Shown in pieces: positions 1 through 12,094 of a stretch of DNA of 64,000 nucleotides. A program made the position numbers and the translations under genes. The stretch is from Amphiscolops sp. MND2022 (taxonomy: Eukaryota), in assembly GCA_964187785.1 (NCBI GenBank), contig OZ076409.1:45448001-45512000 (forward strand). The letters are read 5' to 3'. Position 1 is the stretch's first letter; every line of letters begins with the position of its first letter. The notes under the pieces were generated by a model. The model had not been told where the DNA came from. It ran no database searches and saw nothing but the letters and a program-made list of their open reading frames with translations.

Positions 1-240
1 GGCGAGTATCTACGCAACATGATATCGAAACAGTTCGTGACTACTGCAATGAAAAACAAATGGGGTTGCTCCATTTAAGAAAAATCTCGAGTGAAGAGTC
101 CAGATATCATGCTTGTGAGATCCATCCTTGTGGCCCAAAAATGTTGTCATTGGAAGGTATCGCCTGAATGATTCATCCCGGGAATGGTTGAAAACTTTAC
201 CAAAAAATTGACAACCAAAAGTTAAGCCAGAGTTTTTAAA

Positions 241-2757
241 ATGCTCGGTCTATAATGCTAGATCAGTGAGAAACAAGACGATGGAAATTAACTCTGCTAT
301 TCTATCCTCTCAGTCACAACTGATTACTATTACTGAAAGTTGGATCCAAACAAACGATAACGATGATTTTCTCATAAAAGAATGTTTGCCTGAAAATTAT
401 ATTCAGTTTCCCTTTCCCACGGAGTTTTCGACTGGTGGTGGTATTCTTCTCATACATAGAAAAGATGTTTCTATTTCTGTTATTCTAAATCAATGCAACC
501 AAGACTTCGAAATTGTTACTTGTCGAGTACTTTCCTTGAATTGTCCCATCATTTTTATCTGCTGCTGTCGTCCACCTTCTGGAAACTTGCAACTCTTTCT
601 TAAAGAGTTTCATGGGGTACTTGTGAAACTTTCGCCTGAATACAGCTTGTGTTGTCGCGATTTCAATATTCACGTTAATCGAATATGTCCAGCTTCGACT
701 GATTTTAAAGATATTCTCGATGAGTTTGGACTGGTACAGTCAGTTGAACTACCTACTCATAAAAATGGTAACACACTTGATCTTGTCATTGGACCACAAA
801 AGTTTGAAATATGTCTTGTTAGTGTCTCCACATCGGATCTCAATTGGTTATATTTCGACTGCCTAAAACATCTTCTGGAAAAACGTGAAAGATCCGTTGT
901 CAAATTCAGAAATTGGAAAAGTGTTAACCTTGTAGATTTCAATGAAGATTGTTTTTATCACCTCTGGTCTATCGAAGGGTCACCTCTGATTGACAGTTTC
1001 TTGGAAACCCTTCAATCAATAAGTGACAAACATGCTCCAGAAATGGAAAGAGTTATTTCGAAACACGATTGCCCTTTTTCCGATAATGAACTGAGAGCAT
1101 GTAAGAGGAAACGGCGTCAATTGGAAAGATTGTTCAGAAAAACGCGGTCCACCATCGATAGACTATATATGCAAATTGCGACAGAAAACTACTTCAAGCT
1201 TTTTCATAAAAAACGTTCGAGGTTTTTGGAGATGAAACGTAATGATGCTGATACGTCGAAACTGAAATTAACGGCTATTGAAACCCTCCTTGGATCTAAG
1301 AAGAAGCAAACTCTACCTTCGGTCTTTCCTCGTGTGAAATTAGCAAACAATTTTAATGATTTTTTCTTATCCAAAATTCAGAATATTCTTAAAAACATTC
1401 CGCCAGTTTTAGTAGACTTGAAATTCCCGGCCTCTGGAGACTTCTGGAAACCTTTGAAAATGTTGATAACTTATATGTAGTGCTTGTTGGCAATCAAGTG
1501 TTGTCGAAATCTCAACCTAGTCAAAATGTGCCTTCCAAAATTCTGAAGAAGTTGTCATTTTTCTATAACCAGATGTCTAAATTATCAATGAGTCTTTCCT
1601 TAATGCCGTCTTCCCCACTGCCTTCAAACATGGGATAGTTACACCAATTTTTTAAAGCGGTGACATTGAAGAAATATCAAACTACAGACCAATCACGAAT
1701 TTTCATTTCGGTTCCAAAGTTATTGAAAAAGTCATTGCTCTGCAACTCAAACGCTTTTTGGATAAACATACAGTAATTGACGAGCATCAATCTGCTTATA
1801 GGAAATATCATTCAACAGAGACAGCGTTATCAGACCTAACTTCAAATCTTCTATGGGGCCTGAACAACAGCGTTCGACACCGTGGATCATGAAATTCTTC
1901 TGTCATTTTTATTTCAAATTGGGATTATTGGTCAGGCGCATTCCTCGACAAAATCCTACCTGAATGGTCGAACACAATGTGTCCTTATTGATGGAAGCTA
2001 CTCTGAGGATAAATCTATTGAAACAGGTGTTCCTCAAGGATCAATCTTAGGGCCAGTGCTCTTCATTCTATACTTACTCCTTTCGAGGTCTCTACTTAAT
2101 GAATTTCTTGCTAGTTATCATATCTATGCTGATGACATAACGATTTACTTGGAATTTGATCTGGGGACAACCTTTGCCAATTTCCTGAAACATAAAAAGA
2201 TAATTGCCAGTGTTTTGAAACTATTAGCCGCCTTGAAATTAAATGTAAACAGTTCGAAAACTCAATGTATGTTCGTTACGAATCAAGGAACTCGCCTTGC
2301 CGAGACAATCACTATTGATGGGATCAGAATTGAGATCAAAGATAGTGTCAAAGTTTTGGGAGTTACTTTGGATAACAAGTTACGTTTCTCTTCTTTCGTC
2401 AACAGCACATGTGAGAAGTCCTACTATCACCTCAGAAGGATAACATCAATTCGAAAATTTTTGTCTTTCGACCTCACAAAGTTATTGATTCTCACTTTCC
2501 TTATCAGTAGACTAGATTATTGTAACTCACTGTTATATGGTGCTCCGGACTACATGATTAAAAAATTGCAAAGAGTTCAGAATAGAGCAGCATGCCTCCT
2601 TTTTCACCAGAGAAATTCCAATGTTAACTTACTTTTGAATGAACTTCATTGGCTTCCTGTTGAAAAAAGAAATAAGTACAAAATCTTATGCTTCGAATAC
2701 CGTCTTTATAATGACTTGCCTGTGCCTATTTATCTGTCGATACCGTTTTTCAGGTAA
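241..2757 (+). pseudogene. L2 ORF2 (APE endonuclease + reverse transcriptase), frameshifted
   Basis: ORFs 266..1480 (EN) and 1882..2757 (RT) are separated by stops and frameshifts; the C-terminus resumes at 5079-5210. Confidence 0.9.
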
Positions 2758-4478
2758 CAGCAACTTGATCAGTACGATCTGAGAAGTTCCAGAGAACGAA
2801 AATGGACTGTCAGAATTACCAACAAGGGTGGCTGTAAATAGGTGGAATTTTTCTGGTCGAAAGGACAGAGGTTGAACTTTTTTGATCGAATTGCAGGGAT
2901 CGAATGGAATGCGGTCGAATTTTATCGTATTTGTTGTATGGCTCGGTCGCTTCGCTCCCTTCGCCAAGTAGCAACATTGAGGCATGGCCATATTGCACGT
3001 CGCTCCGCTTCGCTTCGCTCCTGCATTCAGGGCTCTAGGGGTATGTGAACACATCTGACTACGTTGTGAAAAATTCGATCCGAGTTGTTTCGATCCCATT
3101 CAAAAATTTGGTATGTCGACCTGAGGACTAACTCTGATTTAGGGAAACGGAAATCGGACTAAAGAAATAGAACTAATGGAATTAGGACTAACATGCTCAA
3201 ATTTTCTGAAACGTTCATGTGAAATAGAACTAATTTCGTATAATTTCAAACAGGAATTAGAACTAATTTGTTACGGGAATTGGAACTAAAAACAGGAATT
3301 AGAACTAATTTGTTACGGGAATTGGAACTAAAAAAGTGAGAATAGGACCTGAAATGCGGAATGAGACCCAAGGGGAGAACGGAATAATATCTAAAGGAAT
3401 AATATCTAAATTTTTTCAAAGTATAAAACGTGCCTCTGATATTTCCTCATTTCCTCTAGTGCCCCGCGGCCCCTTGGGGCCGCTTATGTTACCATCTTGC
3501 TAAGCGAGGTCGAACAGGAGCAAAGAGTTCAGAATAGAGCAGCATGCCTCCTTTTTCACCAGAGAAATTCCAATGTTAACTTACTTTTGAATGAACTTCA
3601 TTGGCTTCCTGTTGAAAAAAGAAATAAGTACAAAATCTTATGCTTCGTATACCGTCTTTATAATGACTTGCCTGTGCCTATTTATCTGTCGATACCGTTT
3701 TTCAGGTAACAGCAACTTGATCAGGACGATCTGAGAAGTTCCAGAGAACGAAAATGGACTCTCAGAATTACCAACAAGGGTGGCTGTAAATAGGTGGAAT
3801 TTTTCTGGTCGAAAGGACAGAGGTTGAACTTTTTTGATCGAATTGCAGGGATCGAATGGAATGCGGTCGAATTTTATCGTATTTGTTGTATGGCTCGGTC
3901 GCTTCGCTCCCTTCGCCAAGTAGCAACATTGAGGCATGGCCATATTGCACGTCGCTCCGCTTCGCTTCGCTCCTGCATTCAGGGCACTAGGGGTATGTGA
4001 ACACATCTGACTACGTTGTGAAAAATTCGATCCGAGTTGTTTCGATCCCATTCAAAAATTTGGTATGTCGACCTGAGGACTAACTCTGATTTAGGGAAAC
4101 GGAAATCGGACTAAAGAAATAGAACTAATGGAATTAGGACTAACATGCTCAAAATTTCTGAAACGTTCATGTGAAATAGAACTAATTTCGTATAATCTCA
4201 AACAGGAATTAGAACTAATTTGTTACGGGAATTGGAACTAAAAACAGGAATTAGAACTAATTTGTTACGGGAATTGGAACTAAAAAAGTGAGAATAGGAC
4301 CTGAAATGCGGAATGAGACCCAAGGGGAGAACGGAATAATATCTAAAGGAATAATATCTAAAATTTTTCAAAGTATAAAACGTGCCTCTGATATTTCCTC
4401 ATTTCCTCTAGTGCCCCGCGGCCCCTTGGGGCCGCTTATGTTACCATCTTGCTAAGCGAGGTCGAACAGGAGCAAAGA
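2568..4478. repeat. 952-bp direct tandem duplication
   Basis: 2568-3519 recurs nearly identically at 3520-4471 (ORF pairs 2686/3638, 2842/3794 and 3497/4449 are all offset by 952). Junction microhomology GCAAAGA. Confidence 0.95.
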
Positions 4479-5078
4479 CCTAGCGGGAACGGAGATCGCG
4501 AAGCGATCGTAGTGGGAGCTGGTCTTTGCGACGGTGAGGGCGAGCGTGCATACACCGAATATGCCCCCACATTAGAAGGGGAAAGTACTGAAAATTTTGT
4601 GAGTCATTTACGAAACGTAAAATTTTTTCTTGAATGAAATGATTTGAGATCTGACTATTTTATAGAATCAATGGAAGGAGAAAAATAATGATTGTATCAA
4701 TATTTTATTGATCAATTGTATTACGTTACTTTTGTACTACTTTCATTGTACTACCACAAAATTTGAATTTTGTACCATGTTTTTATCCGCTTCTGTGTTT
4801 TTTTGTTGTACCTTTTTTATGTTGGATGTTTACAATTGAACAATTCGTGATTTTGCCAATTCGATCTACGTAATTGCAAATTTTCCGTGCCAAAAGTTGT
4901 TTTAGTCCTATTTCAATTAGTCCTATTTCCATTAGTTCTAAGGCGGCACTAAAAAATAATTAGTTCTATTTCCATTAGTCCTATTTAAGTTTTGATCATT
5001 AGTCCTATTTCATTAGTCCGAATTCCTGTCTCCCCTCAGATTTTCGATCCCGTTCCTTCGACCTATTTCCGCCCACCC
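2826..5078. mobile_element. MITE family A (non-autonomous DNA transposon, GGGTGG...CCACCC termini, 8-bp TSD)
   Basis: Imperfect TIRs GGGTGGCTGTAAATAGGTGGAA / TTCGACCTATTTCCGCCCACCC. TSD ACCAACAA at 2818-2825 (and 3770-3777) and 5079-5086. An uninterrupted ~350-bp copy is at 39218-39568. Confidence 0.88.
4093..5034. mobile_element. MITE family B (Mutator-like, 9-bp TSD) nested in MITE A; left part duplicated at 3141-3519
   Basis: TSD CTCTGATTT (4084-4092) / CTCAGATTT (5035-5043). Imperfect TIRs with repeated GAACTAAT/GGACTAA subterminal motifs, inverted at the right end. The empty site is visible in the MITE A copy near 39523. Confidence 0.82.
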
Positions 5079-5399
5079 ACCAACAATACCTATGGAAAAC
5101 GATGCTTCTGGGTATCAGGCGCTGAATTGTGGAACTCACTACCATGTGATCTTGTATTGAGCCCTTCATCTGACACTTTCCAAGCACGACTAAAGACATA
5201 CCTTTTCTGAACGCTTTGAGTGTTAAAAAAGCGTCATTTACAACTTCAACTACAACTTCTTGTCCCCTCTCTTAGATCTATTTCATTAGACCTGATTCCA
5301 CGTAGCCTGAAAATATTAGCTGTTGCTACCATTGTTTGTGCAGATGAATGATTACTTTTTTCATCGCTCACTAGAGGAAACCTGGCGAACATTCTGAAC

Positions 5400-5770
5400 T
5401 TACATTCCAAAATGACTTGCAGCGCAGGCAGACTCATGAACTATCAAATGAATATCCCCCGGACTGAGAGAAGCCGCAGTGAATTTTTCTTTAGGAATTG
5501 TCAGATCGTGAACAAGGTTAATAATTGCTTTGACAGTGGCAACGGAACGGGTCTCAAAGACAGACTTCTCTGCGATATGTGGAGGCATTACAATAACCAT
5601 TTCGACGAAGACAATTCTTGTACATGGTTAAGGGTGTGCGACTGTGGACAATGTAGAAACATGAGACGAAGATTTTAGAAAGAAATTGGGAGAAATCCCA
5701 TCAGCGAAAGCTGAAAATCCACATTAACAACAACATAACCTAAAAACAAAACCTGATACAATAAATATAG
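5400..5770 (+). mobile_element. 3' fragment of a CR1/Crack-like LINE
   Basis: ORF 5412..5678 ends in HFDEDNSCTWLRVCDCGQC, resembling the Cys-rich C-terminus of CR1-group ORF2. AATAAA near 5760. Confidence 0.5.
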
Positions 5771-5837
5771 GGATTTTAACTCTCATTTATAATTGTTTGT
5801 TATTTTTTCAGTAACTGCTCCTGGTCCTCGAAATAAC

Positions 5838-7122
5838 ATGCCTGCTATCGCTACTGAGTGCATATCCCTCGGATGCCAGCGAACAAGCAATTCGACGATG
5901 TCATTATCTCAAAAACTTCGGGTAATCAGTATTGGAGGTGGAATTGGAAGCATCACATTCCCTATCTTTGTCAACATCTTGCAAAGAGTTTGTTGGAAAC
6001 CTTTAGGGATTACAAGCAATCTTAGAATAGCCCCTTTTCTGGGTTAGTTTTTCTCTTCGTTGATGGATCTTCGTTGCCAATTGTTGAAGCTCGTCATTGT
6101 ACATCTTGTAATTTCTCCGTTTTCACTCAAGGATATAGAATATTGGATTTACATGGAGCTGTGTTTCAGGCCTTCTGTCGTTCAGTGTTTCACATTATGT
6201 GTCATCCCTCATGTCGTTTTCTGGAGCAAAGACAGCCCTTGTTTTGAGCGCTTACCACTGTCATGTGTTTCAAGAAACACTCAAATTTTCCGATCTTCAA
6301 ATCTATTTCGACTGCTTCGTCGAGAATTTCATAAATTATGATTCAAATCATTTAAATGTTAAAACATTTTCCCTAATATCCATTGTACCCAATGTCCTTT
6401 GTTTCTTCCTGTTGGGAGGAAGACTGCGAAATCTTCTGCCGAGCCATTTGCTTTCAGTTGGAGCGTTTGCTAAACAAGGAGTGTCTTGTTCAATAGAGAA
6501 TGCCAGTAAGGTATATATTCTGTCCCTTTGTTGGTTTCTCATTTCGATTTTATTTCGCCTGTAATGAAAAATCTTTTCGGCAATCCATGTTTCAATAATT
6601 TTTGAACGAATGAAACAAATTCGGAAAATTTGAATCGCTATTATTGCTGGCTCTTTTCAGAAACAGAGGGCCGAAATTCAAGTTTTGGGCAGAGCACATG
6701 GGTGTCACTCATGCGGGACAAAACTGAAACGTGAACGAATTATGAGCTTTATATCATGCCGATCTCCGCAAAGTAAGTTCATTGCAGATCACCAACCCCC
6801 TGTGGCTATAGTATTACAACAATATTGGGCTCGTTATCGGTACCAGTTCATGCAAACGAAGCATTTTAACCAAGCTCTTTATCCACAGTGCATTTCCTGC
6901 TCAACGAGACAAGGCAACTTGGTGAAACTTTTGGCGAATCCATCTTCTAAACACAATGAAAGTCTTTTCTCGTCCAAGAGTTTACTTGAGAAAACTGTAG
7001 TAATTCCCTCTCTTCTCAGTTTTAGAATGTATCTCTTTTGGTTTCCGTTTGTTTGTGGGTGCTTCCTTGATAAAGAAGACCTCTTGGTTTTCTGCAAACG
7101 ATGTTCTAATCATTTTTGTTGA
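5838..7122 (+). CDS. Uncharacterised ~335-aa membrane protein with a C-terminal HNH/zinc-like domain; exons 5838-6042, 6170-6510, 6661-7122
   Basis: Phase-compatible GT-AG introns (GTTAGT...TTTCAG; GTATAT...TTTTCAG). The spliced product has hydrophobic segments, LGGRLRNLLPSHLLSVGAFA, and GCHSCG...FIADHQPP...LYPQCISCSTRQG. The start codon is uncertain (an acceptor-like TTTTCAG ends at 5810). Confidence 0.75.
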
Positions 7123-7820
7123 CCCTGTGGAATTCGCCTGATTCATATCACTTAGTAATGAAACGAATAACAAGAAAAACGAAATAGGAATTTGCGAAAT
7201 ACATACTGTAGTGCATTACTGTAACATTTCAGGGCTAATATTTTTCTGGCTGCGGAACATGTTTACATACAGACACGTTCGCTTTTGTTCATGTTCGACC
7301 CATTGATTTCGGCTTTATTGCCAAAAAGACTGTTTTATTTAAACCAATGCATAATTATTTTTGTGCTCTAATTTCATTTGAAGCTGCTAAATTGAGTGAG
7401 AACTGAGAATTAAAATTTTGACCAAGCTCACTCCTCACCTGTCTTATTCGTTGAAGTATCCTGCCATTTAGTCAACAACCAGCCTCGAAAATGTTGATAA
7501 CTGTTGACGAACGTTTCTAGATTTCAGTTTCGTCACGCCATAATGTGAATTCGCGTTATTGTTTTAGCCTTGATGACAAAGACTTTGAAAGTTGATAGTT
7601 CGAAGACAGTAAACGATTGTTGTTTTATTGGATCATTCGATGACTACCCTGAGGTAGTTCAGAACTTAATTACATTTTTTTTTCATAAGTTCAACTCATT
7701 TAACTTACACGCATCATAATTTAATTACAATTTCTCGTAAGTTTAACTCATTTAACGTACAAGATCGTAAGTTTTTTTTTCAGATTTGATAGTAAATTTA
7801 AAGGCGTGACCTTGAACTGC

Positions 7821-10146
7821 ATGCCAAAAAAATTTGCGAATCAGAATTCCAAGGCAGTTGAAGCGACTGCCCGTAAAAATGCTGCCAAGGAATCCAAGCG
7901 AATAGCAGAAGAGAGGGCAATCGAGGATGCCTTGTGGGAGGACAACGATAAGCATGTGAAACGAAAAGAAGATCGCAAAGTTAGTACTGTACTGAAACAA
8001 TTGGCGAAGCACACCATTCTTTTCACAATTTTTTTCAGGTTTTCTGTTTAGCAAAACCCTTTTCCGAGTTTCAAGGGTGACCTTTTTTGGTCTTGTTGGA
8101 CTGGTGAGAGTTTTCTCAACAATCGCGAACACGACCTACTGTTTTTTTCGGCAGTGTGCTGCTTTCCTTGTTGTAACAGTATACGAAAAATATCGCAATA
8201 CCACTGCTCCTCTTATTGGGTTATTGAATTGGTTGCATATTGGCGAAACGAATGTTTTTGCGTTATGACTGAAAGTTTTTGCGTGTACCCATTTAATTCT
8301 TACGGGGCTGGCCTCAAAATTGAAAGAACGTTTATCAAGTGAAAGAAAAACCACATGTTTGGAAGTTTAGGGAATGGTAATCATGTCAGATTTTTTTCAG
8401 CTTGCTAAAGAGCAGAAAAAGAATGACAAATTGGAGAAAAAACTTGAAAACACCAAACTTCTGGAGGAAGAGGAAGCGAAACTGGGCGGAAACAAGAATG
8501 CGACATCGACTGTTTCAAACAAAATGACAAGACACGACATTTTGGTTGCTCAGCAGCAGACGTCTTCCTCGGGTGCAACTGATGGCATGCAATCCAGAGG
8601 CGATGATGATGATGACTTCGAAATCGAAAGAAACATGAACAGAGAGATCGGAATTAATGACACTGGTGCAAGAAATGTTGATGAAGCTATTGCTCAATTA
8701 ACGTTAGTTGACTCAATCCAAACTCAGCGAGCGAAAACATCAACGAGCAATAACGTACTGATTTTTCTGAAATGAACGAAATGTCTGACGTAATTCAAAA
8801 ACACGTAACTTAGATTTCCTGCCATCAAAACAAAATATTGACTCGTTTTTTCTTGAATTCTAATTTTTTTTAAAAAAAATTCCCCCGCTGCTATAGCCGC
8901 ACATATTGGTAAATTTGCGCGAACTATAAATGTCGAAACTTCTACAGAAATAGCAGCTGTGTTTTTAGGATGTAGTTTTCAATTTCTCTCCAGATTGGCA
9001 GCTCACAAGAGAACAAGAATAATTGGTGAGCTTCTTTGAAAAGCCAATTTTCTTGCCCATTTCTCACCAGGCTCCAGGATGAGCATTTTTGTGTTCGCCT
9101 TCATTAATTCGCATCGTAAGGTGGATATTTAGCCAAGTAGCTAGTTAACTTTACGGTAAGAGTTTCGTCGCACTCCGAAATATAAGACATCCCAACTTCA
9201 GTTGCATCCAATCTTTAACCATTAAAGCGATGGTCCAACAAATTCGCCGCATAAAAAACGGGAACCAGTTCATGTTAGCAATCTTGGAGACATGTTGATC
9301 AGAATACATGATTCGCAAATCATACCAAATCTCAAAACCTCGCCAAGCAAACAGTTTTGGGACTGCAACTTGTACAGAGATTTGGCAACAGGTTTGAAAA
9401 CTTAATAAATCTTGAACTGCACTCTTCAATAGAAAACAGGTATAGAAATGCACACGCTGAAAATAACATTTTGTTGGAAAACTTATTTATAATCGTGTTG
9501 AAAAACTTAAATAACATGCCAACCCTGGTAGTACCGTTAATATAACTTTGTACTTGTATTAAGTTTTCCGTTAATACTGTGATAGAAACATTCGTGTTGT
9601 TGATTTTCCAATTCAACGTTGGGAAAAGTGGAATTCAGTGGTGTTCTTCCGAAAAGAGTCCAACTTCAGTTTCTAATTTCAAATTAGTTCTTGGATTGTC
9701 TCAGGTTTGGAATGGCTCCAGAATGTTGGTGCTTGATAACGGAATCTGAAGCTTACATCTTTGTAGATTTACTTTAATGGAGTCATTTATACGTTTGTTC
9801 GTTGATAAAAGCAAAAGATCTTAATATTGATATTTGATATTCAAAGGTCTTAGTATTTGAATTTTCTGACCGAGCAATTATTCAAATGTCCGGAAAAATG
9901 TTGAATGCAAAAAATAATAGCCCCTATAATCTTAGCCAGTAAGATAATTTCTGTCGTTGCAGAGAAGGTGATTCGACTTCAACAGATCAGCACCCCGAGA
10001 AGAGAATGAAAGCTGCCCTGAAGGCATACGAAAAATCCAGACTTCCTATGCTGAAAGGGGAGCAGCCAGGGCTAAGACTGTCTCAATATAAGGAAATCAT
10101 CTGGAAAGAGTTTCAAAAGTCTCCACAAAACCCTCTGAATCAATAA
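7821..10146 (+). CDS. CCDC124: Coiled-coil domain-containing protein 124 (Lso2 homologue), ~214 aa; exons 7821-7979, 8401-8702, 9963-10146
   Basis: N-terminus MPKKFANQNSKAVEATARK...DALWEDND; ARNVDEAIAQL; C-terminal DQHPEKRMKAA...YEKSRLPMLKGEQPGLRLSQYKEIIWKEFQKSPQNPLNQ. Introns are GT-AG and phase-compatible. Confidence 0.93.
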
Positions 10147-11250
10147 TGCTTATTTGTGCTTGTTTTGCCAGTTGATTTTTTAGCTCCACGGAGTCTTGAA
10201 CAAATTAGTTTAATTGTCTGTCATTAGAACTTGTCTGTTCGTTACGAACTCTACTTTGATTTTCTAGTGAATATCAACCGTGAGTATTAACCGCAATTTT
10301 TTTCAGGTGCAGGCTTACTTGAAAAGCTATGAAGTTTGAGCCTCGCAACTAATGATCATATCAATGTATTATAATAGTCCACAGATTATATTTCTCAAAA
10401 TTTTGTGCGGGAAATGATAGATGATGGTTTTCAACGTAATCCGTTCGATTGAATCAAAACTGATTCTGCTATTGGTGACTCCAGCTATTCGTTATTGTTT
10501 TGCTTGAATTAATTAGTAGTGAATGCTATGTATTTTATGTCTCTTAACATGATCGTTTCAATCAACGTTTCTGTTTTTCGAAAGTTGAAAAAACTCTTCT
10601 TGAAGCAACTTCTTCGCTGAAAAATGTTTTTAATGCGTCGAATCGTTTTTTGTGATTATTTTCGGAAACAACTATGTTCTATATTTCATATCTGATTTTT
10701 ATTTTTGCGTAGGTAAATTTATCTAAATTTTGAAACCTGGAAAGCGTATCTTTCCCAGCCTTGTTTTTCATCGTGTATTTTGTCCAACAATTTCTGTCCA
10801 CCAGGGACTATACACTTTTTGTTAAGCATAGCTAGCTCTTGAAGCTGGCAATGGGATGAATATTTTTCACAATAGCTTTAAAGAACTAAGTCCAACAAGT
10901 CGTTATCATTTCATCTTCACTCAAGTCAGAAAGATATCTATTGAAGATTCTTTCAATGAAACCTTTTGTGTTTGCATTGCTCATACAGAATTCAATTGAA
11001 ACTGTGCAGAGATGTCTGCCATAAATTGGATGCTTAACTCCTGCAAATTTATGACTTGTGTTTCAAAGTCGGAAAATAATTTTTTTTTCAAATACAAAAA
11101 AAAAATGAAGTAATTGGTTCAAAACGACACGCCAGCATATTTTGCTAATGTACTGCGGTCTATCAGCCTCATCCAAATATTTTTGGCTCAAGTATTGTTC
11201 CAGTTTGTTTTCCAACTTGTTGCTGTTTTCTCCAAAGTATTGCTAGTTTA

Positions 11251-11806
11251 AACAATCCGGGAACGGCCAAAGTCGGCGCTATATCTAAGGCTCAAAAAGC
11301 GCAAACATTGTAAAAGGGGGGACCATTTGGGCTTTTTGAAACTCTAGTTTGTTGCAAAATATGAAAAAAAATGAAGGGGGACCCTTTGGAGACTTTAAAA
11401 AAATTTCGAAAAAAGATATAAAAAATGAGATTTTTGAACAGTGTCACTGTCGAAAAATGTAAAAGGGGGACCCTTTGAGATTTTTTAACATCCCTTTTGT
11501 TGCAAAATATCGAACTAAATGAAGAGGGGACCCTTTGGTGCAATCCAAAAATTTTCAAAAAAGTCTCATAGTGCCGAAAAAAATGCGAGTGAAAAAGACC
11601 AAGATAGCCAAAGGGATCCTTAGTATATTTTATGTTTTTGAGGTTCTGAACGTCGGTTTTGTTTCTTTTTGTTTTGGACGAGGTTCGAGTGTTTGGAACC
11701 TCTCGAGTTCAAGTTGTTGAACAAATGAACAAAAAAGTGGACCTTATGCGTCTAAAAAACTACCCACTGTAAGAGTCGGGCACTTTTCATCAAAAGCGCC
11801 GACTAA
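11251..11806 (-). mobile_element. Non-autonomous Helentron-like element (DINE-1/HINE architecture)
   Basis: Asymmetric subTIRs AGTCGGCGC / GCGCCGACT; an extra partial IR (AGTCGGGCACTTTT) near one end; a stem-loop plus TTGTT at the other end on the minus strand; internal AAGGGGGACCCTT and GTGCCGAAAA repeats. Confidence 0.75.
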
Positions 11807-12094
11807 TTTTTTTCCAAGAACACAGAGTTCATGTAACATTTTTAGGTTATTTTTTTTCTTTGTAGTTTTATGTTAGCTGTAATATTCTTCTGAAAATAGT
11901 TTATTTTCAAATGAACTTTCTAACTGTTGAAACCCCATTAAAACCCCAAGGGTGCTTTATGTTCAAAAATTCAAAAGCTCAAATCGGCGGTTTTTGCACA
12001 TGACGAAGTCAATGTGCATTGCAGTCCAGCTAAGAAAGTTTTTTTTCCACAGTAGCCAACTTCATAATAAGCCCCTTTTAGAGAAAAGCCAAAA

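Larger units (their letters stand above)
1..5257 (+). mobile_element. L2-clade non-LTR retrotransposon (decayed), interrupted by nested MITEs and a 952-bp duplication
   Basis: ORF1-like tail at 1-200 (LWPKNVVIGRY). APE endonuclease motifs: NARS, ITESW, GGGILL, DFNIH, PTHKNGNTLDLV. RT motifs: YRPIT, GVPQGSILGPVLF, YADD, LDYCNSLL, QNRAA, LHWLPV. Removing the insert restores ...LRSSRERKWTVRITNNTYGKRCFWVSGAELWNSLP. 3' stem-loop ACGCTTT...AAAGCGT and a short CAACT-type tail at ~5210-5257. Confidence 0.92.

Noticed and set aside
2686..4051. 137-aa and 60-68-aa ORFs in MITE A
   Set aside because: They overlap a non-coding hairpin repeat on both strands, cross element boundaries and show no motifs.
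4408..4435. Canonical Helitron 3' end (hairpin + CTAG) on the minus strand of the shared core
   Set aside because: Homology between copies continues ~30 bp past CTAG, and the next base is A rather than T, so it is not an active terminus. An ancient origin is not excluded.
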